Shown in pieces: positions 17,281 to 26,566 of a DNA stretch of 37,578 nt; position 1 is the first letter of the stretch, and the number at the start of each line of letters is the position of its first letter. Under the pieces are notes generated by a model. The model saw nothing but the letters and a program-made list of their open reading frames with translations, did not search any database and was not told the DNA's origin. The position numbers and the translations under genes were made by a program. Origin of the DNA: Candidatus Yonathbacteria bacterium RIFCSPHIGHO2_01_FULL_51_10 (GTDB lineage Bacteria; Patescibacteriota; Minisyncoccia; Phycocordibacterales; UBA1539_B); assembly GCA_001823505.1 (NCBI GenBank), contig MHUS01000010.1, positions 39,785 to 77,362 on the forward strand. Direction: 5' to 3'.

Positions 17281-18567
17281 ATGTTCAAATTCTCGCGTAC
17301 CTCTTTTGCCGTTACCGTTATCGGGATCGGATCCATCATCATTGCTTTCAATGTCGGCTTTTCGGCCGGTACCTATGCCTATGGCGGGGCAACAAACAAC
17401 CAGTCAACGGCATCAACCACACCGCCCAACGAGTTATTTTCAGATATTTTTGCCGGACAGGGGGGTGAAGATACATCGGCCCCGCCGGGTATCGACCTCT
17501 CGGAGGTTTGGGCTGTCTGGCACCTCATTGATAGTAAATACGTTTCCACAACAGCGTCAACAACAGAAGATACTCCGGAGAGTCGCGTTGATGGAATGAC
17601 GGCAGGGTTAGTTGCATCGCTCGGTGATCCGTACACCGTCTTTATGCCTGCGAAGGAAGCGTCGTACTTCAATGAAGAGATCAGCGGCAACTTCGTGGGG
17701 ATCGGAGTAGAGATCGGAATGGACGACAACATCCTCACGGTCATCGCACCCCTTAAGGGAACGCCCGCCGCGCTTGCGGGAATTCTCTCGGGGGATAAGA
17801 TCATCGAGATCGATGGCATCCCGACCGCAAATATGGATACCGATGCGGCCATCACCCGTATTCGCGGAGAGGCGGGGACCACGGTCACGCTTACGGTGCT
17901 CCACAACGGCAGCGACACAACGGTAAAGATCCCTGTGAAGCGCGCCACCATCAACATCCCGACCGTAGAAACAGAGGCGCGTGCTGACGGCGTCTTTGTC
18001 ATCCATCTTTACAGCTTCTCGGCAAATTCACCCTCGCTTTTCCGTGATGCACTCCGCGAGTTCATTCTTTCGGGTGACTATATGCTCGTGCTCGACCTTC
18101 GCGACAACCCGGGAGGATACCTTGATGCCGCGGTGGACATGGCGAGCTTCTTCCTGCCGCAAGGAACAGTGGTCGCACGAGAAGATTTTGGCGGGAACAC
18201 CTCTGAAAATATTTACCGAAGCAAGGGCTACGATATTTTCACTGACCAACTCAAAATGGCGATCCTCATAAACCAAGGGAGCGCCTCTGCATCAGAGATT
18301 CTTGCCGGCGCTCTTTCGGAACATCATAAAGCGACCCTGATCGGCGAAAAGAGCTTTGGGAAGGGTTCGGTACAAGAGCTCGTACCACTCAAAGATGGCG
18401 CTTCACTCAAAGTTACCGTTGCTAAATGGCTCACCCCCAACGGGCACTCTCTTATTCATAACGGTCTTGATCCGCAAATAACCGTGATCACGACCAAGAA
18501 GGATGTTGAAGCGGGTATCGACCCGCAGCTCGAACGCGCGGCTCAGTTCTTGATCAAAGGATCTTAA
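17281..18567 (+). CDS. S41 carboxyl-terminal processing protease (PDZ plus peptidase)
   Basis: N-terminal [36 protein letters not shown]. Promoter TTGACC-17-CATAAT ends 6 nt before the ATG. Confidence 0.95.
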   Translation: MFKFSRTSFAVTVIGIGSIIIAFNVGFSAGTYAYGGATNNQSTASTTPPNELFSDIFAGQGGEDTSAPPGIDLSEVWAVWHLIDSKYVSTTASTTEDTPESRVDGMTAGLVASLGDPYTVFMPAKEASYFNEEISGNFVGIGVEIGMDDNILTVIAPLKGTPAALAGILSGDKIIEIDGIPTANMDTDAAITRIRGEAGTTVTLTVLHNGSDTTVKIPVKRATINIPTVETEARADGVFVIHLYSFSANSPSLFRDALREFILSGDYMLVLDLRDNPGGYLDAAVDMASFFLPQGTVVAREDFGGNTSENIYRSKGYDIFTDQLKMAILINQGSASASEILAGALSEHHKATLIGEKSFGKGSVQELVPLKDGASLKVTVAKWLTPNGHSLIHNGLDPQITVITTKKDVEAGIDPQLERAAQFLIKGS

Positions 18568-18578
18568 AATACAAATTT

Positions 18579-19028
18579 ATGAAAGTTATTTTCTTGCGTG
18601 ATGTGCCAAAAGTAGGAAAAAAGGGGGAAGCGAAGGATATATCAGACGGATATGCCCGCAACTTTCTCTTGCCACGCAAACTTGCTGAGATAGCCACGAG
18701 TGACGCACTCGCCCGACACCAGACCGCGCAAAAACATGTCGAGGAACAACGCGCTACAACCGAAGCAACCTTACGTAACCACATTGCGAAGCTCAAAGAT
18801 GCTGCACTTCACATAACGGCAAAAGCGAGCCCTCAGGGACATCTCTTTGCAGGTATCGGTGCAGCAGAGATCGCATCACTGGTGAAGAAAAATATCGGCA
18901 TAGAACTTGACGAAAAATTTTTCATACTTGATCACCCGATCAAGACCGTCGGCATCCACACCCTAGCTGTGCGTGCGGGCCGCATTGAGGGGACCGTCAC
19001 CGTCACGGTCGAATCCGCAGGAGCGTAG
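18579..19028 (+). CDS. rplI: 50S ribosomal protein bL9
   Basis: [40 protein letters not shown]. Confidence 0.96.
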   Translation: MKVIFLRDVPKVGKKGEAKDISDGYARNFLLPRKLAEIATSDALARHQTAQKHVEEQRATTEATLRNHIAKLKDAALHITAKASPQGHLFAGIGAAEIASLVKKNIGIELDEKFFILDHPIKTVGIHTLAVRAGRIEGTVTVTVESAGA

Positions 19029-19046
19029 GGAAGATATCGCGACAGC

Positions 19047-19075
19047 AAAAAAGCCCCCGAGGCGGGGGCTTTTTT
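19047..19075. terminator. Bidirectional terminator between rplI and rpmA
   Basis: AAAAAAGCCCCCG-AGG-CGGGGGCTTTTTT. Confidence 0.9.
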
Positions 19076-19092
19076 GAACAACGATGCTCTAT

Positions 19093-19368
19093 TTATGAGA
19101 CTACATGGACGATGCTCCTGCGCTCAGTCTTGCCTGTGAAGGACGTTTTTCGTGTCACTGCGAAGGCAACCGTGCCATCCTGTGCCGCGAAGAGCGTATG
19201 GTCTTTGCCGACCGATATATTCTTGCCGGGGAGGATCTTTGTACCGCGCTGGCGGACAATAATGTTACCCGTTTTTACTTTTTCACCGGCATACCGCTTA
19301 ACCCCCAGGTATTGTGGGTTTGAGTCTCGAAGGTTATGCGCGGTTCCGCCTGCTTTTCTATGTGCCAT
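19093..19368 (-). CDS. rpmA: 50S ribosomal protein bL27
   Basis: [34 protein letters not shown]. Confidence 0.97.
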   Translation of the reverse strand: MAHRKAGGTAHNLRDSNPQYLGVKRYAGEKVKTGNIIVRQRGTKILPGKNISVGKDHTLFAAQDGTVAFAVTRKTSFTGKTERRSIVHVVS

Positions 19369-19397
19369 AAGTAACTAAAATGTGTATAATATGTCCC

Positions 19398-19790
19398 ATG
19401 AGTATACGGGATGTCCAGGAAAAAATCAAGGGCTCCGTGGTCCCGGTACTCCACAGGCATCGCGGGGACATTTTTGTCGGGGCGATCATACTTTTGGTTG
19501 CCTTTGTGGGGTTTGGCTTGGGACGCCTCTCGGTGACTCCGCAGACACTTTCGCCGGCCGCCCCTTCCGGAGTAACCCAAAATGCCAGTGTCGCCGTGGC
19601 GGCCAATACCCCTGTCTCGGACGGGGCGGAACAGCGAGTGGTCGCCTCAAAGAGCGGCAGCCGGTACCATTTACCGGATTGCCCCGGGGCGCTTCAGATC
19701 AGCGATTCGAACAAGGTCTGGTTTGCATCCCGTTCGGAAGCAGAGAAGGCAGGATACACTCCCGCCTCGAACTGTAAGGGATTACAATAA
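19398..19790 (+). CDS. Membrane-anchored protein with an Ada-type metal-binding-like C-terminal domain, 130 aa
   Basis: One TM, a low-complexity linker, then VASKSGSRYHLPDC...F.SR.EAEKAGY.P..NC. TATAAT lies 7 nt before ATG 19398. Confidence 0.8.
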   Translation: MSIRDVQEKIKGSVVPVLHRHRGDIFVGAIILLVAFVGFGLGRLSVTPQTLSPAAPSGVTQNASVAVAANTPVSDGAEQRVVASKSGSRYHLPDCPGALQISDSNKVWFASRSEAEKAGYTPASNCKGLQ

Positions 19791-19827
19791 AAATTATATT
19801 TAAATTTTAATCATTAACGAAACACCC

Positions 19828-20271
19828 ATGGAACGAAACGATCTCTCATACGGCATCATCCCACTCTTCCGCAGCGGGAACCAATGCATTCAACTCCTCA
19901 TCCAGGACCATCATGGTAACTGGGGCTTTCCCAAGGGACATCCGAAGGAAGGAGAGACCGGATTTGAAACGGCGCTTCGTGAGCTCTACGAAGAAACCGG
20001 CATCACGGACTGCAATCTTTTGCCGGGGATCTCATTTACTGACAACTATCAATACACCGCTGAAAATGGCGACAAGGTCAACAAAACAGTAACGTACTAC
20101 CTTGCTGCTGTTAACGATCCACGCATAGAGCAAAAAGATACCGATGGCGAGATCAAGGCGACACTATGGGCAGATGCCGAAACCGCGCTCAAGACTCTTA
20201 CGTTTGAAAATCGCAAGAAACTCATCAATGAAGTCCAACAATACCTCCACTCGCAAAATCTTATCCAATAA
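19828..20271 (+). CDS. NUDIX hydrolase (Ap4A hydrolase-like)
   Basis: WGFPKGH and Nudix box G-x5-E-x7-RELYEETG. Confidence 0.92.
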   Translation: MERNDLSYGIIPLFRSGNQCIQLLIQDHHGNWGFPKGHPKEGETGFETALRELYEETGITDCNLLPGISFTDNYQYTAENGDKVNKTVTYYLAAVNDPRIEQKDTDGEIKATLWADAETALKTLTFENRKKLINEVQQYLHSQNLIQ

Positions 20272-20291
20272 CTTTTACCGCATCTCATTAT

Positions 20292-20885
20292 ATGATCGTT
20301 ATCGATGCAGAAATGTCTGGGCTTGATCCGCACGCAAATTCCATTGTCAGCGTTGGTGCTGTTGATCTTGAGGACCCCTCACGCCAATTCTACGGAGAGT
20401 GCCGCGTGTGGGAGGGTGCAGAGATCGATCCCGAGGGACTTGCGGTAAATGGCTTTAGTGAAGCACAGGTTCTTGACCCAAAAAAGAAATCTCTCGAGGA
20501 TCTTATGCGAGAATTTTTTGCGTGGATCGAAATTTCAACCGATCGAACACTCTGCGGACAGAACGTCGCACTTGATCGCAATTTTTTGAATGATTCATTT
20601 CGCCGTGCAGATGTGCCATTTCGTTTTGCTCACCGTAATGTTGATACGCACTCGGTTGCGTATGCATATTTTCGCTTACATGACACAGAGATCCCTCTTA
20701 AGGAGAGCGACAAGCAATCCGCGCTCTCGCTTGATAAGATCCTTGAAATGCTGGGTCTCCCGCCAGAGCCACGCCCCCACATCGCCCTAAACGGCGCCCT
20801 CCTTGAGGCCGAGGCCTTCTCGCGCATGGTCTACGGCAAAAATCTTTTGCCTGAGTTTGCGCAGTATCCGGTACTCAAGCCATAA
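20292..20885 (+). CDS. DEDDh-family 3'-5' exonuclease-like protein
   Basis: ExoI IDAEMSG, ExoII GQNVALD; ExoIII reads HIALNGA, with Gly at the usual Asp. Confidence 0.85.
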   Translation: MIVIDAEMSGLDPHANSIVSVGAVDLEDPSRQFYGECRVWEGAEIDPEGLAVNGFSEAQVLDPKKKSLEDLMREFFAWIEISTDRTLCGQNVALDRNFLNDSFRRADVPFRFAHRNVDTHSVAYAYFRLHDTEIPLKESDKQSALSLDKILEMLGLPPEPRPHIALNGALLEAEAFSRMVYGKNLLPEFAQYPVLKP

Positions 20886-20898
20886 AATTCTTAACTGA

Positions 20899-20927
20899 TT
20901 GACAGACTGCTCCTCGTTCTGTATTGT
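20899..20927 (+). promoter_or_regulatory. Sigma70 promoter of the 313-aa membrane orphan
   Basis: TTGACA-17-TATTGT. Confidence 0.6.
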
Positions 20928-20989
20928 ACAAAATAGTAAAAGCAGTAGTTATTCGACATTCCCGCGTCTCAACATCGGAGGATTACGTG

Positions 20990-21931
20990 ATGAATACATT
21001 GAAGAAGTGGTGGCACGGTCTGGCAATTGCGGTTGCGTTCATGTCAGGGTCGGCATTCGGTCTTTTGATCGGCGACACATGGTCGGCAGTTCTGTCGGGA
21101 GTGGCGCTTGCCGGAAGTATGGCATGGATCCTCACTTTGGACTGGACATTGTTCCATCTGCGCTTCAACGAGCTCTCAGCACGCATGTCTGTAGCAGGTG
21201 CCGGCAAAGCAATGGGCGGATTTTTGTTCGCACTTGGCAAATTTATCTGGTCAGTACCCTATAGCCTCGTGGTGAACGCGGCATATCGGCGACTCCTCGT
21301 GGCACTGGCATTTCTGGTTGGACTCGTAATGATTCAGTGGATGATCTGGGTTCCTATCCTCAATTTACTCCAAGAAGCAGAGGGGCGTGGAAACTTTCTT
21401 TCGCTTACTCTCAGTCTTGGGCTGTTGCTCCTTTCTCCTTCATTTCTCGCGTTCGTCATTGCAGGGGCAATTGTCTTTATCGCATCGCCCCGTGCCTACA
21501 GACACACGCCGGATAACAGTATGGCGGGACATGATCCCTTCGGAAGATTCATGTTTGATTGGCTGACGCAGTTTATTGAAAGCGAGAAAAGTACCACTTT
21601 CGCACTCATTGACCTCATACTGATACGAGGCTGGAATGCACTGCGAATGATTGTATTCCCGTTTGTCTTTGCTGTGTGGGGGACGTACGTCCTCGCCACA
21701 AAAAAGACCGGACTTTCAGCGTTTTGTGCCATGGGCTTAGTGTCCATCCAACTAGCAGTTTCGCATTGGTTTGGTGGCATCATTACCTCAAACCCAAACT
21801 TCTGGCTCCTGCTGGTTATTGGTGCCGGCGTCGGGGTGTGGCTTGGCGGGAAGATCCACGACGGGCTTGATGCGAAGATCTCTATTTGGAATTTTCAAAA
21901 ACCCAAGCTGACATTCGCGTCTCAACAATAG
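20990..21931 (+). CDS. Multi-pass membrane hypothetical protein, 313 aa
   Basis: SD GGAGG before GTG/ATG at 20987/20990; many hydrophobic segments; own terminator. Confidence 0.78.
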   Translation: MNTLKKWWHGLAIAVAFMSGSAFGLLIGDTWSAVLSGVALAGSMAWILTLDWTLFHLRFNELSARMSVAGAGKAMGGFLFALGKFIWSVPYSLVVNAAYRRLLVALAFLVGLVMIQWMIWVPILNLLQEAEGRGNFLSLTLSLGLLLLSPSFLAFVIAGAIVFIASPRAYRHTPDNSMAGHDPFGRFMFDWLTQFIESEKSTTFALIDLILIRGWNALRMIVFPFVFAVWGTYVLATKKTGLSAFCAMGLVSIQLAVSHWFGGIITSNPNFWLLLVIGAGVGVWLGGKIHDGLDAKISIWNFQKPKLTFASQQ

Positions 21932-21949
21932 TCGTAGTGGTGTCAATGT

Positions 21950-21990
21950 AGCGGCGAGGATGGACAAACCATGCCTCGCCGCTTTTTTTT
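21950..21990 (+). terminator. Intrinsic terminator
   Basis: AGCGGCGAGG-ATGG...CCAT-G-CCTCGCCGCT followed by a T-run. Confidence 0.85.
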
Positions 21991-22025
21991 CGTTAGTCTT
22001 TTAGAGGTCGGCCCTCCAAATTTTT

Positions 22026-23207
22026 TTAAATGTCGCCTTTCTTCTTCGTCGGCTTAAGCATCACGGTTTGTTTTTTTGTTCGGAAGGCGAGGATCTCTTC
22101 TTGCTCGGGGTCGGGTAGGGTAGGGAGAAGCTTCTCAAGTTTCTTTTCATCAGGCTCAAGTATTTTATTCCATACGCCGAGCTTTTGTAGAATTGGCTCG
22201 AGTTTTTCAATATCAAACGCCGTGCGATCAATAACACTCTTCGTGATATAGCCCGGACCGCCAAATACGCGATCAACTTTTTCCTGTTCCATATACCCGA
22301 GAATGATCCCGCGTAGTTCTGCAACTCGTTTTTTCTCAGTGTCGCCTTGCGCCTTAAGCTCAAAGAATTCTCTGATAGCCTCAGCAACTTCAGCTTCGTT
22401 CGGCGCAGGCATCTCCTCGCGCTTGTACTCATGCGACCACATGGGGCAGATCTTGCGATAGCCACAATAGTTGCAGAGCCCCGAGGGCATCGGGGGGAAG
22501 TTGTCTGTCTCGGTGCTTTTTTCTACGGCGCGGACTGTTTCAAGGATCGTCTTGCGGAGACGCTCAGCAGTGTCTTGAGAGGGGACCGTCGAGATCTTTT
22601 CGTTGTGCTTTAAAAAGTAAAGACTTGTCTTAATGCTTTCAGGTTTGAGGTGCGGCCAGCGATGAATGATGGCAAGGTGGTAAAGCCCCAATTGGAGGTT
22701 CTGCTCAAGATCTTTTTGTGAAGGCATCTTTTTCCCGGTCTTGTAGTCGATGATCTCGTACACATCGGACTCGGGATCTTTGTCAATGCGGTCAATGATA
22801 CCCGCAAGCGTGTGGATCTTGCCCGACACTTCATCAAGAAGCTCAATAGAAAACCGTCCTTCGAGCTCAATGACATTGAATGTCCACGGCTGATTTTTCT
22901 TATAAAAATTCTTAATGATCTTGACGCCTTCTTCAAAATATAATTTTTCTTCCGCATCTTTGTGTTCGGGGTCCGCCCATTCAATTTTAAGAGATTTTTC
23001 CTGGAATCGGTCTGTGTAAAAATTAATGACTTCATCGAGGGTGGGGTAGAGGGGGTTGTGCTCAAACATATATTTAAGCGCGGAGTGCACCAGGGTGCCA
23101 AACACCGCCTCAATGCGTTTGGGTGCTTTGATCTTATCGATGACCTGATATTTATACTTCCGAGGGCAGATCTTGTAGGTCTCAAGGGCGGAATACGACG
23201 TTCGCAT
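22026..23207 (-). CDS. PD-(D/E)XK nuclease, RecB/AddB/Cas4-like, with a C-terminal extension
   Basis: SYSAL.TY..CP, FGTLVHSAL, GIIDRID, IIDYKTG, QLGLY, CNYC-x5-CP. TAAAAT lies 6 nt before the ATG. Confidence 0.9.
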   Translation of the reverse strand: MRTSYSALETYKICPRKYKYQVIDKIKAPKRIEAVFGTLVHSALKYMFEHNPLYPTLDEVINFYTDRFQEKSLKIEWADPEHKDAEEKLYFEEGVKIIKNFYKKNQPWTFNVIELEGRFSIELLDEVSGKIHTLAGIIDRIDKDPESDVYEIIDYKTGKKMPSQKDLEQNLQLGLYHLAIIHRWPHLKPESIKTSLYFLKHNEKISTVPSQDTAERLRKTILETVRAVEKSTETDNFPPMPSGLCNYCGYRKICPMWSHEYKREEMPAPNEAEVAEAIREFFELKAQGDTEKKRVAELRGIILGYMEQEKVDRVFGGPGYITKSVIDRTAFDIEKLEPILQKLGVWNKILEPDEKKLEKLLPTLPDPEQEEILAFRTKKQTVMLKPTKKKGDI

Positions 23208-23228
23208 TAACCTATTTTAGCACAAAAC

Positions 23229-23256
23229 AACCCCCCGTCTGAAGACGGGGGGTTTT
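23229..23256. terminator. Intrinsic terminator of the 77-aa orphan
   Basis: AACCCCCCGTCT-GA-AGACGGGGGGTT. Confidence 0.8.
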
Positions 23257-23267
23257 CCGGTCTATGT

Positions 23268-23501
23268 CTACCGGTAACTGTGTCGCGGGGAGACCTTGCC
23301 GGCCAAATTCTTTAAGACTTTATCTGGTCCATCGATGGCCATACCAAGAAGGAAAAGTGGCCATAGAGGTGCGAGCACGAGACACATCCAGCTCGCTGTC
23401 AGAAAAAACGTACTCACGGTCTTTTCCTTCTTGTAAAACGAAACGAAAATAACTGCAAACACTAGGCCAAGCCTAATGCCCACTTCAAGGTAGTTTTGCA
23501 T
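23268..23501 (-). CDS. Small two-TM hypothetical protein, 77 aa
   Basis: SD AGGAGGAG 6 nt before the ATG; promoter TTGCAA-17-TATAAT with extended TG (23595-23567). Confidence 0.75.
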   Translation of the reverse strand: MQNYLEVGIRLGLVFAVIFVSFYKKEKTVSTFFLTASWMCLVLAPLWPLFLLGMAIDGPDKVLKNLAGKVSPRHSYR

Positions 23502-23650
23502 TCTGTGCTCCTCCTAAGGTTAAAAAGGATTTAACAAAAAATGGAAACCTCGAACGTCCTTGTGGTATTATATCACAAACGTTACTTTTTTGCAATAGTA
23601 TGTATACGTAGTATTGGCGTGGGGAACCCGCTACCTGGTATGATAATGCG

Positions 23651-24469
23651 GTGAACACTCAACAGAAGGAATTCGTCCATATAATAAAGCGATTTTATAG
23701 GAAAAACCGGCGTGACCTGCCGTGGCGGAAGACGACCAACCCCTACAAAATCCTGGTGTCGGAGGTGATGCTTCAGCAAACGCAAGTGTCACGGGTGGAA
23801 AAGAAATATCCTGAATTTTTGCACGCATTTCCGACCATGCGCTCACTCGCAAAAGCTCCTACCGCAGACGTATTGAGGGTTTGGCAGGGGATGGGGTACA
23901 ATCGTCGCGCACTCGCATTGAAGAAGGCCGCAGAGGCCATTGTGAGCAAGTACAAAGGCAAAGTTCCCAACGACCCGGCACTCCTCGAGAAACTTCCCGG
24001 TATCGGTCCTTATACGGCACGAGCGATCTCTACATTTGCGTTCGATCAACCCGAGGTGTTCATCGAAACAAATATCCGGCGAGTGTACATTCACCATTTT
24101 TTCTCACTTGGATACCCGACGTCCAAGTTGGTACATGATACAGAAATCATGCTCCTGATCGAGACAACGCTCGATAAAAAGAATCCGCGAGAATGGTACT
24201 GGGCGCTCATGGACTACGGAGCGCACTTGTCTAAACAGGCCAAAAATCCCAATCGAAAAAGCGCGCATTACGTGAGGCAGTCAAAGTTCAAGGGGTCAAA
24301 CAGGGAAGTGCGCGGCAAGATCCTCAAGCTACTGACAGAGCGCCGTATCGTCACTGAGTCAACACTTACAAAATCCATACCACATGACAATCTCGCGCCA
24401 AATCTCATCGCGCTCGAGCACGAAGGATTCATTCAAAAACATGGCAAAACCTATACAATCAAAAATTAG
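23651..24469 (+). CDS. mutY: A/G-specific adenine glycosylase-like protein (short MutY, no Fe-S Cys motif)
   Basis: RDLPWR, PYKILVSEVMLQQTQV, WQGMGYNRRA, LPGIGPYTA, IETNIRRV, ALMDYG. TATGAT lies 6 nt before the GTG. Confidence 0.88.
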   Translation: MNTQQKEFVHIIKRFYRKNRRDLPWRKTTNPYKILVSEVMLQQTQVSRVEKKYPEFLHAFPTMRSLAKAPTADVLRVWQGMGYNRRALALKKAAEAIVSKYKGKVPNDPALLEKLPGIGPYTARAISTFAFDQPEVFIETNIRRVYIHHFFSLGYPTSKLVHDTEIMLLIETTLDKKNPREWYWALMDYGAHLSKQAKNPNRKSAHYVRQSKFKGSNREVRGKILKLLTERRIVTESTLTKSIPHDNLAPNLIALEHEGFIQKHGKTYTIKN

Positions 24470-25109
24470 AGAGGCGCGAGCGCAAAAGGTACTTTCCGTA
24501 CTCAAGAAATTGTTCCCTAAGGCGGGAATGATGCTTCGCTACTCCAACAACTGGGAGCTTTTGGTTGCGGTGGAGCTTTCTGCGCAGTGTACCGACAAAA
24601 AAGTGAACGAGGTGACCGAGAGACTCTTTAAAAAATACCGAACGCTTGAGGACTATATCAATGCGGACCAAAAGAAGTTCGAGCAAGATATTTTTTCTAC
24701 CGGGTTCTATCGCAATAAAACAAAAAATATTCTCGCTGCGGCAAAATTTATTACAGCGCGTCACCATGGGAAAATCCCAAAGACGATGGGGGAGATGCTT
24801 GAGGTCCCGGGTGTGGCCCGCAAGACCGCCAATGTGGTCCTGGGCAATGCCTATGGGGTAGTGGAGGGTATAGCCGTCGATACCCATGTAAAGCGTCTGG
24901 TGAGGCTCTGGGGGCTTAGCAGTGAATCAACTCCAGAGAAGATCGAGTGCGATCTTATGACGATCATTCCAAAAAAAGAATGGTTCGACTTTACCTACAA
25001 AGTCATTGAGTACGGGAGAAAATATTGCCCTGCAGCTCCTCGACACGACCACACGCACTGCCCGGTGACCGCAGCGCTCGCGAAGAAGCCTTCGTCTGGA
25101 GGTGAATAG
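24441..25109 (+). CDS. nth: Endonuclease III
   Basis: LLVAVELSAQCTD..VN, GFYRNK, PGVARKTANVVL, VDTHV. The C-terminal Fe-S motif is degenerate (CPAAPRHDHTHCP). Confidence 0.93.
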   Translation: MAKPIQSKIREARAQKVLSVLKKLFPKAGMMLRYSNNWELLVAVELSAQCTDKKVNEVTERLFKKYRTLEDYINADQKKFEQDIFSTGFYRNKTKNILAAAKFITARHHGKIPKTMGEMLEVPGVARKTANVVLGNAYGVVEGIAVDTHVKRLVRLWGLSSESTPEKIECDLMTIIPKKEWFDFTYKVIEYGRKYCPAAPRHDHTHCPVTAALAKKPSSGGE

Positions 25110-25140
25110 GCAGCATTATAGGGCGGGGTAGGAAAAGAGC

Positions 25141-25182
25141 TAACTTACGCACAATATATCTTTTGCGTAAGTTATGTTGAAT
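25141..25182. other. Palindrome resembling a dif/Xer-type site
   Basis: TAACTTACGCA-CAATATATCTTT-TGCGTAAGTTA, overlapping TTATGTTGAAT (one mismatch to the XerD arm TTATGTTAAAT), at a convergent gene junction. Confidence 0.4.
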
Positions 25183-25251
25183 TCTTTTAACCTACCACAT
25201 AGATCAAGCACCCTGCCCACACCTGCAATGCCTCAAAAGGCGCCTGTCGCG

Positions 25252-26556
25252 CTATGGGAGCGCCGGAAGGTAGTCCATGGGGTCAAGGTATCCATTAAGC
25301 GCGCCTATAGGCATGGTATAGGTAGCATTGCATACTTTGCTTGGACGCGACTGCACACTTACTGCTTGGCTCGCGTACACACTTAAGTGCAGGTGCGGTC
25401 CGGTTGAATATCCGGTATTGCCACTGTAGCCGATCAGGTCACCCGCCTTCACTTGCTGTCCCTGCACAACCTTAATAAGCGAAAGATGCGCGTACGTTGA
25501 GGCAAGACCATTGTTGTGCCGTATGAAGACCCATTTGCCAAAGGATGCGCGAGGGCACGCAAGGTCAGTGTCGCCCGTGCCCTCTATGGTGCCATCTGCG
25601 CCCGCAAAGATCTGCGTGCCTATGGGCGCGTTGAAGTCCATGCCATTATGTCCCTTACCGCTATACGCACCGCTCCGCGCAAAATCAGTGTCGCCGAAGT
25701 ACTGCGTGATCAAAATAGACGCAAGCGGCCACAAGAGCGGCGCAGAACCTTTCGCGGGCAAAAGTGATGGATTGATGATGGAGTGCAATTGAGCCTCGTA
25801 GTCGGTAAGCTCTTTTTCAAACGCATCTTTAAGCGCGATCTTTGCCGCGAGGATCTTTTGATAGTTGGCTTCCTTGTTTTTGGTCTGAGTGAGCAATTGA
25901 TTCTTCTCCGTTTTACTTGAAGCAACGATCGCCTTACGATCCCCTAACTCTGACTGCAGCGTCGCGAGTGACTTTTGCTGTACCTGCTGTTGGGTTTTTT
26001 TATCCTGAAGATCGGTTCGGGTTGCCGTGAGATCAACAATATGGTCATGAAGCGCCTGCTGGAGCTGCTCGATCGCCGTAAGACGCCCCAAAAAATCCGC
26101 GAGTGATTCGTCTGAAAACATGACCTCGACAAGCGAAGATTGGTCCAATGCGTCCACCGTACGGATCATCGCCGCAATATCCTGCGTGCTCTGCCCAATA
26201 TGCGATTCCGCATCCCCTATCTCGATACTTGTCTTTTGAATGCCATACGTCGTAGCGTCAAGTTTGTTTTGCGTAAGTTTAAGATCCGTTTCCAATTTTT
26301 TCTGCGTTACCGTTAAAGTGTTGACTACGCCCTTAAGGGTCTGCGCTTCCTTGCCGGTTTGCTCCACTTGTTTTTGATAGGTACTGATCTCCGCTTTGAG
26401 CTGATCGATGTCCGTGGCTTTACTTTGGATCTTTTGGTTGAGGTCAGTGATCGTATCGGCGGACACGACAGGAAAAGGGAAAACTCCCGAAAGCGCGGTA
26501 GCGCAGATCGTTCCAACTAAAATTTTTAAATATCGTGATCGGAAACATGCAACCAT
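25252..26556 (-). CDS. Secreted coiled-coil M23 family peptidase (murein hydrolase/activator-like)
   Basis: Signal peptide, long heptad region, HNGMD, YAHLS, GYSTGPHLH. Confidence 0.92.
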   Translation of the reverse strand: MVACFRSRYLKILVGTICATALSGVFPFPVVSADTITDLNQKIQSKATDIDQLKAEISTYQKQVEQTGKEAQTLKGVVNTLTVTQKKLETDLKLTQNKLDATTYGIQKTSIEIGDAESHIGQSTQDIAAMIRTVDALDQSSLVEVMFSDESLADFLGRLTAIEQLQQALHDHIVDLTATRTDLQDKKTQQQVQQKSLATLQSELGDRKAIVASSKTEKNQLLTQTKNKEANYQKILAAKIALKDAFEKELTDYEAQLHSIINPSLLPAKGSAPLLWPLASILITQYFGDTDFARSGAYSGKGHNGMDFNAPIGTQIFAGADGTIEGTGDTDLACPRASFGKWVFIRHNNGLASTYAHLSLIKVVQGQQVKAGDLIGYSGNTGYSTGPHLHLSVYASQAVSVQSRPSKVCNATYTMPIGALNGYLDPMDYLPALP

Positions 26557-26566
26557 ATAAATAGTA

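Noticed and set aside
22004..22016. GAGG-TCGGC-CCTC mini-hairpin resembling a REP remnant
   Set aside because: A 4-bp stem in single copy cannot be told from chance.
22026..23207. Possible cas4 or CRISPR locus
   Set aside because: No repeat-spacer array and no cas1 or cas2 in the window.
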